Part shown: positions 18,209-26,894 of the stretch, piece after piece
Layout: each line of letters opens with the position of its first letter
Numbering within the stretch: the first letter of the stretch is position 1
NCBI GenBank assembly: GCA_036517215.1
Contig: DATDXF010000026.1
Coordinates: 1-54,583 of the forward strand
Direction: 5' to 3'
Length of the DNA: 54,583 nucleotides
Source: Minisyncoccota bacterium
Lineage (GTDB): Bacteria > Patescibacteriota > Minisyncoccia > Phycocordibacterales > UBA9973
The notes under the pieces: model-generated
What the model saw: the letters and a program-made list of their open reading frames with translations, nothing else
Databases searched by the model: none
What the model was told of the DNA's origin: nothing
Made by a program: the position numbers and the translations under genes

Positions 18209-18892
18209 ATGAACAATAATATTGACTGGAAAAAATATCTGATTGTGTTTTTGATTACTCTAGGACTTTTCTTTACCGCGAGCTATGTCAGCAACTATTT
18301 TGGGGATAAGAAAATAGACCAGCTGAAAAATATTCAGGATAAAATAGCCATTGACATCCTTTCTTCCGAAACGCAGTTCTCTCTTTTGTCCGAGTTGTCC
18401 TGCAAGAACATTTCCGATGCGGTTTTGTCCGGCGAGCTCGGCGAGCTCGGCAGCAAGCTCGAGTGGAGCGAGGGTAATCTAGGAGCAACAGAGGAAGTTT
18501 CATACTTAAAAAAATATTATTCACTGCTTCAGATAAAAGATTACTTGCTTACAAAAAGGATTTCCGACCGCTGTAAAGTAAAATCCGCTTTTATCCTGTA
18601 TTTTTACACCACCGCGGAGAACTGCACCGTTTGCGAGCAGGAAAGCTTGGTATTGTCCAAACTCCGAGCGGAGTATCCGGAGCTCCGGGTATATTCTTTC
18701 GATTACAGCACCGATCTTTCTGCGGTAAAGGCCATGATTGAGATATACAAAATAAAAGATACGCTTTTGCCGGCGCTGGTCATTGACGGAGATTTGCTTA
18801 CAGGCCTACAAGGTTTTGAAGAACTGTCCGCCTTGGTGGAAAAGTCTTTTAAACTTCAGGGCGCGGAAGAGAAATTGGGCGAAAGAAAATAG
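18209..18892 (+). CDS. Membrane-anchored protein with a thioredoxin-like CxxC domain
   Basis: TM segment YLIVFLITLGLFFTASYV, and a CTVC motif in a Trx-like context. Begins 2 nt after the GT2 gene. Confidence 0.5.
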   Translation: MNNNIDWKKYLIVFLITLGLFFTASYVSNYFGDKKIDQLKNIQDKIAIDILSSETQFSLLSELSCKNISDAVLSGELGELGSKLEWSEGNLGATEEVSYLKKYYSLLQIKDYLLTKRISDRCKVKSAFILYFYTTAENCTVCEQESLVLSKLRAEYPELRVYSFDYSTDLSAVKAMIEIYKIKDTLLPALVIDGDLLTGLQGFEELSALVEKSFKLQGAEEKLGERK

Positions 18893-19090
18893 GCCCAAAA
18901 ACTAGAGCCTTAGAGGTTATCCACAAAACTTCATAAAAACCGCGAACATAAGGGCTTTTTGTGATAAAATTGATCTATGCTAAAGAGCGTAAAAATTATA
19001 CTGCCTGAAGTTTTACTTTTTTTTATTTTTCTTTTCTGAGGAGCTTAAGAAAGACATTGATTCCACGGAAAAAACCTTTAGATACACTGC

Positions 19091-19166
19091 TGGAGCCGCC
19101 TCTCGGATTCGAACCGAGGACCTTCGCTTTACAAAAGCGTTGCTCTACCAACTGAGCTAAGGCGGC
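19091..19166 (-). tRNA. tRNA-Thr (anticodon UGU) with encoded CCA
   Basis: Reverse complement GCCGCCTTAGCTCAGTTGGTAGAGCAACGCTTTTGTAAAGCGAAGGTCCTCGGTTCGAATCCGAGAGGCGGCTCCA folds as a cloverleaf. Anticodon loop TTTGTAA; T-loop GGTTCGAATCC. Confidence 0.9.
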
Positions 19167-19204
19167 ACTATGTACTTACTTCTCTAACGAAACTCCTATC
19201 ATGT

Positions 19205-19252
19205 GTTGCTCGGACTTTATCCGCCCCTGGCGGGAACTGAGCTAAGGCGGCA
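19205..19252 (-). pseudogene. Partial duplicate of the 5' ~30 nt of tRNA-Thr, with a G+C hairpin replacing the D-loop
   Basis: AACTGAGCTAAGGCGGCA (19235-19252) is identical to 19150-19167, and GTTGCTC (19205-19211) to 19139-19145. An insert GGACTTTATCCGCCCCTGGCGGG lies between them. No anticodon or T arm follows. Confidence 0.55.
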
Positions 19253-19260
19253 GTATTATG

Positions 19261-19662
19261 TTATAAATTTTCTTCCTCCTTTACTTTCTGTTTTATCTTT
19301 CTGATTTTTTTCTTGTATTCCGAAACAACTTTCAGGAATTTGGAAATTTCGGGTTTTTCTGTCTCTCCCCGGCCTTTTCTCCTCATTCTTTTTACCTTAA
19401 CCCGCACTTCCTCGTACTTATTTTTCAGAATATTGGAACCCCGGAAGTAAAATCTGATAATTCCCACAAGCGTGTTGTACCCGTGTTTTTTTGTTCCCTT
19501 TATTGCCGCATGCTTCCATTCTTCCAGAGCCGGAGCTTTCAGATTTATTTCCGTGAAGTCCCTCTCCGTAATCTGTCCGTTCTGGAGCATCAAAAGCTTC
19601 CTGCCAATCATGAAGGTGATGGATATTAGGGATGCAAAGAATAAGGTTATTATAATATACAT
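19261..19662 (-). CDS. Hypothetical small membrane-anchored, Lys/Arg-rich protein
   Basis: N-terminal TM segment MYIIITLFFASLISITFMIG. Follows tsf on the same strand. Confidence 0.5.
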   Translation of the reverse strand: MYIIITLFFASLISITFMIGRKLLMLQNGQITERDFTEINLKAPALEEWKHAAIKGTKKHGYNTLVGIIRFYFRGSNILKNKYEEVRVKVKRMRRKGRGETEKPEISKFLKVVSEYKKKIRKIKQKVKEEENL

Positions 19663-19670
19663 CTTTTTGG

Positions 19671-20450
19671 TTAGACGGAATAACGCTTCACTTCCTTTAT
19701 TTTAGCATTATTCTTGTCGAGTAGCTGGCCCACTGTCATCTCTCCGTCTTTTATGAATGCCTGGTCAAGCAATGTTTTTTCCTTGAAGTAGGTAGCCATT
19801 TTACCAAGTAGCATTTTTTTCTTTATTTCCTCCGGCTTATCAATGGCCGCTACTTCTTTCTGAAATATTTCTTCCATTGTTTTCCTGGCTTCGTCGGTTA
19901 CTTCGGATTGGGAGATATATTCGGGTTTCATCGCGGTTATGTGCATGGCGATGTCTTTTGCGAGTTCTCTGCTACCCCCTTCGAGGGAAACGATTATTCC
20001 TGTCTTGTTATTGTGCACATAGTTTCCCAAAATATCTCCGGCAACTTCGTACGATTCTCCCAGCTGTATATTTTCTCCGGTTTTTTGGATTACCGGATCT
20101 ATCATCTCTTTTGCTACTGTTTTCATTTGCTCTACCCCCTTTAAAAAAGCTTCTTCCGTAAGCTTTTCGAGCAGGGTAGTGAAATCATCGTTCTTTGCGA
20201 CGAAGTCCGTTTCGCAAAGGAGAGATATAAGCACGGCTTTCTTCCCGTCTGTTTTGACAGATACTCTGCCGTCTTTCACTTCGCGGTTAACTTTTTTTAG
20301 CGCTATGTCGGAACTGGTTTTTTTAAGGATAGCCAGAGCCTTTTTCATGTCTCCCTCGGCTTCTTCGAGCGCCCGTTTGCATTGCATTACCGAGATGCCC
20401 GTAGAGTCCCTCAGTTCTTTAATTTGTTCGGTTGTTATTTGTATTGGCAT
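19671..20450 (-). CDS. tsf: Translation elongation factor Ts
   Basis: MPIQITTEQIKELRDSTGISVMQCKRALEEAEGDMKKALAILKK. ATG at 20450 is preferred; the ORF-track start at 20468 is TTG. Confidence 0.95.
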   Translation of the reverse strand: MPIQITTEQIKELRDSTGISVMQCKRALEEAEGDMKKALAILKKTSSDIALKKVNREVKDGRVSVKTDGKKAVLISLLCETDFVAKNDDFTTLLEKLTEEAFLKGVEQMKTVAKEMIDPVIQKTGENIQLGESYEVAGDILGNYVHNNKTGIIVSLEGGSRELAKDIAMHITAMKPEYISQSEVTDEARKTMEEIFQKEVAAIDKPEEIKKKMLLGKMATYFKEKTLLDQAFIKDGEMTVGQLLDKNNAKIKEVKRYSV

Positions 20451-20508
20451 TTGATTATGCGGAATCAAGTCGCTGCCCCTTTTAGGCGCGGCTTTTTATT
20501 CGGTTAAC

Positions 20509-21258
20509 TTATTTAGTAACAGCGCCTGCCTGGCCTGCATGCGCAGGCAGGCCTTCTTTGTAGGCCTTGCCGACAGCGAGCGAGAAGAATTTTATAGAAG
20601 GTATGGCTGAGTCATTCGCAACGACAGGGAAGTCTATTCCTTTTATATTCGAGTCGGAATTAACCAGAGCGATAACCGGGATACCGGACTTGCGCGCTTC
20701 TGTCGCAGCTATGTGTTCGCTTTTAGCGTCTATGATAAACAATGCGTCAGGCGCTTTCTTCAATCCGAGTAAACCCGTGTAATACCTGGCGAGCTTCTCC
20801 ATTTTTTTCGCCATAACAACTCTTTCTTTTTTGGTGTATTTGTCGAGTCCGCCTGCCGCGCTGTCTTTCTGGTAATTTTCCAGCTCCAAAATTCTTTTCT
20901 TTATTTCGGTGAAATTGGAAAGCGTGCCCCCTATCCACCTAGCGGTGACATACGGCATATTCAGGGATTCCGCTACTTCTTTTACCGCAACTTTTGCCTC
21001 CGGCTTGGTGCCCACGAAAAGCACAGTCTTATTCTGGGCGCCCAAATTTTTTATGAATAAAGCCGCCTCGTCCAAAAGGGCGCTGGTTTTTTCAAGGTTT
21101 ATGATATCTCCCTTGTTCTTGGTCGTGTAAATATATGAAGAAACGGAAGGATGCCTACGGGTCTTGCTGTAGCCATAATGGGCTCCGGCCTTGAACATCT
21201 CTTCCACTATAGCTTCATCGCTTTTCTCGCTTTCCTTGGTATTTTTAACTTTTTGCAT
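20509..21258 (-). CDS. rpsB: 30S ribosomal protein S2
   Basis: From the internal ATG at 21258: MQKVKNTKE...MFKAGAHYGYSKTRRHP..., VLFVGTK, WIGGTLSNF, IPVIALVNSDS. The longer track ORF reaching 21519 overlaps proS and is not S2-like. Confidence 0.95.
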   Translation of the reverse strand: MQKVKNTKESEKSDEAIVEEMFKAGAHYGYSKTRRHPSVSSYIYTTKNKGDIINLEKTSALLDEAALFIKNLGAQNKTVLFVGTKPEAKVAVKEVAESLNMPYVTARWIGGTLSNFTEIKKRILELENYQKDSAAGGLDKYTKKERVVMAKKMEKLARYYTGLLGLKKAPDALFIIDAKSEHIAATEARKSGIPVIALVNSDSNIKGIDFPVVANDSAIPSIKFFSLAVGKAYKEGLPAHAGQAGAVTK

Positions 21259-21418
21259 GGAGACAATATAACAGAAAGGCGGAGCTTTTGCAAACTTGGG
21301 CGGGAGCTTGCCTGCTCTTAATTCTTTGACCAAAAGGGTTTTTTCGGGGCTAAATCTGACATAAATCAGATCGCCCAAACTTTTTGCAAAGCGAAAAGTT
21401 TTAGGGTAGTATGAGCTA

Positions 21419-22678
21419 ATGAGACAATCTAAGCTTTTTACAAAAACGAGGAAAGAAGCGCCTTCCGACGAAATATCAAAAAATGCTGAGCTATTAATCC
21501 GCGCCGGCTTTATCCACAAAGAAATGTCCGGGGTTTACAGCTACCTGCCTCTTGGCTTCAAGGTGCTTAAAAAAATTGAAAATATAATCAGGGAAGAAAT
21601 GAACAAGGTTGGCGGGCAGGAAGTCCTATTGTCCGCAATGCAACCGAAGGAAAATTGGGAAAAAACGGGCCGGTGGAACGATCTCGATGTTTTATATAAA
21701 GTGGAGGATTCTTCGGGACACGAGATTGCGCTCGGTCCGACCCATGAAGAAATAGTAGTTCCGATTTTAAAAAATTATATTTCCTCGTACAAGGATTTTC
21801 CAGTTGCCGTGTATCAGATCCAAAATAAATTTCGCATGGAGCTCCGTTCAAAGTCGGGAATATTGCGCGGGCGCGAATTCATGATGAAAGACATGTATTC
21901 TTTTCATACAAACGCCGAGGACTTTGAGAAGTTTTACGAAAAGATGAAAGATGTTTATAAAACCATCTTCAAAAGAGCCGGCATCGGTCATATTACTTAT
22001 CTTACCTTTGCTTCCGGCGGCACTTTTTCAAAATATTCGCACGAGTTTCAGACCATAACCTCAGCCGGTGAAGATACGATTTATGTGGACGAGGCGAGCG
22101 GCACTGCGCTAAATAAAGAAGTAATGAATGACGAAGTTTTGGGGCAGCTCAATATAGTGAAAGAAAATTTGGTTGAGCATAAGGCTATCGAGGTTGGTAA
22201 TATTTTTGACCTGAAAACAAAATATTCAGCTCCATTTGACCTGTCTTACACGGATGACAAAGGCGAAAAGCACCCTGTTTTAATGGGCTGTTATGGCATA
22301 GGGCTGGGTCGTCTCATGGGGACTGTGGTAGAAGCGCTCTCAGACGATAAAGGCATAATATGGCCAGAATCTATCGCCCCGTATACGATTCACCTCCTTG
22401 CGCTCGGAGAAGATGATTCGGTAATGGAAGAGGCGAATAAAATCTACGACAGCCTGACAAAGGCGGGAGTAGAAGTGTTGTTTGACGACAGGGCCGGCTT
22501 GTCTGCCGGGGAAAAATTCTCCGACGCGGACTTGCTCGGCATTCCTATGAGAGCGGTGGTGTCCGCGCGCAGCATCAAAGAGGGAGGAATTGAATTAAAA
22601 AAGCGTACCGAAGAAAAGGGTAAAGTCGTTACCCTGGATGAGCTGATAAAAACATGTTCGATAAATTCTACAAATTAA
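21419..22678 (+). CDS. proS: Prolyl-tRNA synthetase (short form, no large editing insertion)
   Basis: MRQSKLFTKTRKEAPSDEISKNAELLIRAGFIHKEMSGVYSYLPLG, class II motifs (FRMELRSKSGILRGREFMMKD, GCYGIGLGRL), C-terminal anticodon-binding domain. Confidence 0.92.
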   Translation: MRQSKLFTKTRKEAPSDEISKNAELLIRAGFIHKEMSGVYSYLPLGFKVLKKIENIIREEMNKVGGQEVLLSAMQPKENWEKTGRWNDLDVLYKVEDSSGHEIALGPTHEEIVVPILKNYISSYKDFPVAVYQIQNKFRMELRSKSGILRGREFMMKDMYSFHTNAEDFEKFYEKMKDVYKTIFKRAGIGHITYLTFASGGTFSKYSHEFQTITSAGEDTIYVDEASGTALNKEVMNDEVLGQLNIVKENLVEHKAIEVGNIFDLKTKYSAPFDLSYTDDKGEKHPVLMGCYGIGLGRLMGTVVEALSDDKGIIWPESIAPYTIHLLALGEDDSVMEEANKIYDSLTKAGVEVLFDDRAGLSAGEKFSDADLLGIPMRAVVSARSIKEGGIELKKRTEEKGKVVTLDELIKTCSINSTN

Positions 22679-23700
22679 TTTCAAACGACATAGGCATAGA
22701 CCTGGGAACTTCGAATACCCTGGTGTATTTAAAAGGGCAGGGTATCGTAATCAACGAGCCTTCGGTCGTTGCGGTGAATATCAAGACGAACCAAATTCTC
22801 GCAGTTGGCACTCAGGCAAAGGAAATGCTTGGGCGCACTCCGGGGCATATCAAAGCTATCCGTCCGCTAGTGGACGGAGTTATTTCCGATTTTGAAGTTA
22901 CCGAAGAGATGCTTTCGTATCTGATAAACAAGGCAGACAAGATGTCTCCCAAATTGGCTAGGCCCCGAGTGGTGGTAGGCGTGCCTTCCGGTACGACCAA
23001 TGTGGAGACTCGGGCGGTATATGACGCCGCGCGCTCCGCGGGCGCACGAGAGGTTTTCCTGGTGGAAGAGCCCATGGCCGCGGCAATAGGAATAAGGCTT
23101 CCCATAAGGGACCCTGTCGGTTCCATGATTATAGACATCGGTGGCGGTACCACGGATATAGCCGTTATATCTTTGGGTGGAATCGTTAAATCAAAAAATC
23201 TAAAGATAGCCGGAGACAGGCTGAACAACGACATCATCACTTACATGCGCGACGAGTTCAAGATATTGGTCGGGGAGCGGACAGCGGAGATGGTAAAGAT
23301 AGCAATCGGGTCAGTCACGCAGGGTGAATACATGGAAACAGAAGTGCACGGCAGAGACCTCTTAACCGGGCTTCCGCGCGAAGTAGTGGTCACGGATTCA
23401 GATATCCGCGAAGCGATTACATTATCCGTCAAAGGACTTGTGGATGGTGTGAAGGATATGCTGGAAACTACTCCTCCGGAAATTTTATCGGATATTATGC
23501 ACAGAGGCATTACCTTAACCGGCGGCGGGGCTTTGCTTCCGGGGTTGGATGAACTACTCAAGCGCGTGTTAAAAATTCCGGTGTATGTGGTGGAGGATCC
23601 GCTCTCAGCCGTGGCCCGCGGAACCGGAGTAATCCTGGACGACATCCCTCTTTACAAAGATGTTTTGATCGGGAATCAAGATGAGCTACCTCCTAGATAA
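22654..23700 (+). CDS. mreB: Rod-shape-determining actin homologue MreB
   Basis: IGIDLGTSNTLVY, VVGVPSGTTNVETRAV, MIIDIGGGTTDIAVISLGG, ITLTGGGALLPGLD. Confidence 0.95.
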   Translation: MFDKFYKLISNDIGIDLGTSNTLVYLKGQGIVINEPSVVAVNIKTNQILAVGTQAKEMLGRTPGHIKAIRPLVDGVISDFEVTEEMLSYLINKADKMSPKLARPRVVVGVPSGTTNVETRAVYDAARSAGAREVFLVEEPMAAAIGIRLPIRDPVGSMIIDIGGGTTDIAVISLGGIVKSKNLKIAGDRLNNDIITYMRDEFKILVGERTAEMVKIAIGSVTQGEYMETEVHGRDLLTGLPREVVVTDSDIREAITLSVKGLVDGVKDMLETTPPEILSDIMHRGITLTGGGALLPGLDELLKRVLKIPVYVVEDPLSAVARGTGVILDDIPLYKDVLIGNQDELPPR

Positions 23701-24472
23701 AAAAATAAAACAAAAAAGACTGATAAGAATTGCGCTTTGTGTTGTCGCCCTGTTTTTTTTGTTTTTTTTCCGGACGGAAGTTTCTCGCGGGCTCTCGTCG
23801 GTAAGCCAGGGTATTTTTCGTCCTGTTCTTGTGGCAGGGAATGGAATTGGAGCGAAATTTAAAAGCCTGGGAGCGTATTTTGTTTCCAAAAATTCCCTTT
23901 ACCGGCATAACCAGGAATTGCAAGCAAAGCTGGATTTTGACGAGGCGCGGATGACGAACTACGATTCCTTTGTCGCGGATGCGTCCGCCTTGAGAGAAGT
24001 TCTCGGCAGAAAAAATGAAAAAGTTTCCATGGTGCTCGGAGCTATTTTACAAAAACCAAACCAAAGCCCTTACGACACTTTACTCATCGATATAGGCACA
24101 GAAGAAGGTGTAAACACCGGAAACACCGTCTTTGCCTTGGGAGATGTGCCGGTCGGGCGTATTGCGGAAGCTTACGAACGTTCTTCCAAGGTAATTTTAT
24201 TTTCCAGCGCAGGCGAGAAGACAATGGTATTTGTTTCTTCGCAAGGTCCTTCGATGGAGCTCCTAGGCCGTGGCGGAGGGAATTTTGAAATGATACTGCC
24301 AAAGGATATTACTTTGCAAAAAGGGGACCAGGCAGTTCTGCCCGGACTATCGCCTTATGTGGTTGCCATAGCGGAGACTATAATATCCGACCCGCGGGAT
24401 CCTTTTACCAAGGCGCTCTTAACCAGCCCCGTTAATATACAGGCGATGAAGTTTGTGGAAGTTGCGCTGTAA
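23681..24472 (+). CDS. mreC: Rod-shape-determining protein MreC
   Basis: Overlaps the mreB stop. N-terminal TM segment, coiled segment (NQELQAKLDFDEA), beta-rich C-terminal domain of typical length. Confidence 0.8.
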   Translation: MSYLLDKKIKQKRLIRIALCVVALFFLFFFRTEVSRGLSSVSQGIFRPVLVAGNGIGAKFKSLGAYFVSKNSLYRHNQELQAKLDFDEARMTNYDSFVADASALREVLGRKNEKVSMVLGAILQKPNQSPYDTLLIDIGTEEGVNTGNTVFALGDVPVGRIAEAYERSSKVILFSSAGEKTMVFVSSQGPSMELLGRGGGNFEMILPKDITLQKGDQAVLPGLSPYVVAIAETIISDPRDPFTKALLTSPVNIQAMKFVEVAL

Positions 24473-24489
24473 TTTTTTCATAAATACCA

Positions 24490-26235
24490 ATGGCAAACGA
24501 AACAAGAAATTGTCCAAGCTGTAAAAAAGATTTCAGCATTGAAGCTGAAGATTTTAATTTTTACGAGAAAGTAAGGGTGCCGCCACCTACTTGGTGCATG
24601 GAGTGCCGGCAGATGCGGCGTATGAGCTTCAGGAACGAGCGGATCCTTTATAAAAGGAAGTGCGATAAAACAGGCAAAGACATAATATCCGTTTATTCTC
24701 CGGACTCTCCACATAAAGTTTTTGACCATTCCTTTTGGTATAGCGATAACTTTGACCCGATGGAATATGGGCAGGATTACGATTTTCCCCGGCCGTTTTT
24801 TGAGCAGATGCGGGAATTTATGCTGAAAATGCCCTGGCCATCACTCCGGATTGAAAATTCCGAAAATTGCGACTACAACAATGATACCGGGCGTTCTAAA
24901 GATTGCTACCTGTGCGCCCGCACACATAATTCCACGAATGCATTGTACGGTTACCGGGTGAACAAGTCTCGGGACTGCGTGGACTCTATGCAGGTGTTTG
25001 ACGACTCCGAATTTTTATATGAATGCGTCGAATGCATTTCCTGCCGTTTTGTCACCTTTTCCATGTTTTCGGAAAACTGCTCGAACTCAAGTATGTTACT
25101 CAACTGCAAAAATTGCCTGGATTGCTTCATGTGCACCAACCTACGCAACAAGCAATATTGTTTCAAAAATACTCAGCTTACTAAAGAAGAATATGCTAAA
25201 AAAATAGCAGAATATAATTCAGGTTCTTTTTCCGACAAAGAAAACGCTTTAAAAGATTTTGCAAAGCTTTGCGAGAAAACAATACACCGGAATCTGACTA
25301 TCATAAATTCCCCGAATTCCACCGGAGACAATATTGTGGGTTGTAAAAACGCTTTTACTTGCTTCGGAATAAAAGATTGCGAAAATGTCCGCTATATTTG
25401 GGACAACATGAGGTACAAGGACTCCATGGATACTTATAGCGGAGGAGACGCGGAACTCGCTTACGAGTGCACCAGCAGCGGTAAAAGCTACAATGTAAAG
25501 TTCTGCCTCAGGGCTGTTCATTCAAACGACGCGGAATATTCTTTCATGGTTGATAAGTGTAAAAATGTTTTTGCGTGCATCGGTCTTCAGAACAAAGAAT
25601 TTTGTATTTTCAACAAGCAGTATTCGGAAGCGGATTATAAAATCATGGTGGCAAAAATAATAGAACAGATGACTTTAGCGAGGGAATACGGGGAATTTTG
25701 CCCCATGGAGTTATCCATGTTCGCCTACAATGAAACAGTAGCCCAGGAATATTTCCCGATGACCAAAGAAGAAGCTTTAGGGAGAGGGCTCAGGTGGCAG
25801 GACCCTAATACTAAAAATTACAGCATTACCGTAAAGCCGGCAGATTTGCCGGACGATATAAAAGACGTTAAGGAAGTTATTTTAACGCAGTCTATCGGCT
25901 GTGAGGATGGGGCGAGTTGTAAGCACGGCTGCACTACGGCTTTCAGGATAATCCCACGCGAATTGGAATTTTACAAAAGAATGAATTTGCCTTTACCTCG
26001 CAAATGCCCGAACTGCCGTTACTATGGTAGGCTGGGTAAATTGAATCCGTCAAAGCTTTGGCGCAGGGATTGCCAATGCGGAGGCCCGGGGTCCGAGAAC
26101 GGAGTTTACAAGAACCTCTCCGGCCATCATCTGCACGGGGTGGAACATTGTCCGAACGATTTTGAAACGTCATTTGCCCCGGACAGGCCGGAAATAGTAT
26201 ATTGCGAAAAGTGCTACCAGCAGGAAGTCTATTAG
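24490..26235 (+). CDS. Cys-rich protein (581 aa) with terminal zinc-ribbon-like modules and an internal periodic Cys repeat; function unknown
   Basis: N-terminus CPSCKKDF...FYEKVRVPPPTWCMECR and C-terminus FYKRMNLPLPRKCPNCR resemble each other. The centre has reiterated C-x2-C / NC..C spacing (CKNCLDCFMCTNL, CKNAFTCFGIKDCENV, CKNVFACIGLQNKEFC). Confidence 0.6.
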   Translation: MANETRNCPSCKKDFSIEAEDFNFYEKVRVPPPTWCMECRQMRRMSFRNERILYKRKCDKTGKDIISVYSPDSPHKVFDHSFWYSDNFDPMEYGQDYDFPRPFFEQMREFMLKMPWPSLRIENSENCDYNNDTGRSKDCYLCARTHNSTNALYGYRVNKSRDCVDSMQVFDDSEFLYECVECISCRFVTFSMFSENCSNSSMLLNCKNCLDCFMCTNLRNKQYCFKNTQLTKEEYAKKIAEYNSGSFSDKENALKDFAKLCEKTIHRNLTIINSPNSTGDNIVGCKNAFTCFGIKDCENVRYIWDNMRYKDSMDTYSGGDAELAYECTSSGKSYNVKFCLRAVHSNDAEYSFMVDKCKNVFACIGLQNKEFCIFNKQYSEADYKIMVAKIIEQMTLAREYGEFCPMELSMFAYNETVAQEYFPMTKEEALGRGLRWQDPNTKNYSITVKPADLPDDIKDVKEVILTQSIGCEDGASCKHGCTTAFRIIPRELEFYKRMNLPLPRKCPNCRYYGRLGKLNPSKLWRRDCQCGGPGSENGVYKNLSGHHLHGVEHCPNDFETSFAPDRPEIVYCEKCYQQEVY

Positions 26236-26280
26236 CATCCCCACAAGTCAGACATGTGGAAGAAAAAATAAATTAAAAAA

Positions 26281-26424
26281 TTGGAATTTAAAATCGAGAA
26301 AAAATTAAAGGGCGGATTGGGTAAGGCGGGGATTATAAAAACCGCCCACGGCTTTACCAAGGCGCTCTTGACTAACCCGGTTAATGTACAGGCGCTAAAA
26401 TTCGTGGAGGTGAAAACAAGGTAG
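26281..26424 (+). pseudogene. Chimeric relic: the first ~24 codons of tgt fused in frame to the last ~23 codons of mreC
   Basis: 26281-26352 aligns to 30832-30903 (tgt 5' end). 26353-26424 aligns to 24401-24472 (mreC 3' end). Both are near-identical with scattered substitutions. There is no ATG. Confidence 0.75.
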
Positions 26425-26516
26425 TAGAATGTAAACGCCATTAGTTCAATTTACAGGTTGAGAATTTTTAACCGTAAGGTATAATATACGGTGTGATACA
26501 AATCAATCAAAAATAT

Positions 26517-26894
26517 ATGGGAAAAAAAATAATACTACTTGCCGCCGTAATAGTCGTTTTGATAATCTTGTTTGCCGGTTCCTTTTTTACAGGACAGGCA
26601 AAAAGTGATTACTCCATAGTGTATCTTTCCACCGGAGAAGTATATATAGGTAAGCTAGATACGTTTCCGGGTTTTGAGCTTACGGGTGGCTATGTTTTTC
26701 AGGTAGTACCCGACCTTTCGGATCCTAAAAAGAGCAATTTTCAGCTAAATGCGGTAAAAGAAGCGCTGTGGTCTCCCGAAAAACTGCATTTCGTGGAGAG
26801 CAACGTGGTTTTTTATGGCCAGCTTAGCGTGGAAAGTGCCATAGCCAAAAAGTTGTTGGAGCAAGAAGAACAAAAGTCCAGTGAAAAAAAATAA
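26517..26894 (+). CDS. Hypothetical membrane-anchored protein
   Basis: MGKKIILLAAVIVVLIILFAGSFF signal anchor. ATG at 26517 preferred over GTG at 26493. Confidence 0.5.
   Translation: MGKKIILLAAVIVVLIILFAGSFFTGQAKSDYSIVYLSTGEVYIGKLDTFPGFELTGGYVFQVVPDLSDPKKSNFQLNAVKEALWSPEKLHFVESNVVFYGQLSVESAIAKKLLEQEEQKSSEKK

Noticed and set aside
21259-21519. N-terminal 87-codon extension of the rpsB ORF
   Set aside because: It is not S2-like, and it overlaps the proS start on the opposite strand. The conserved S2 N-terminus begins at the internal ATG at 21258.
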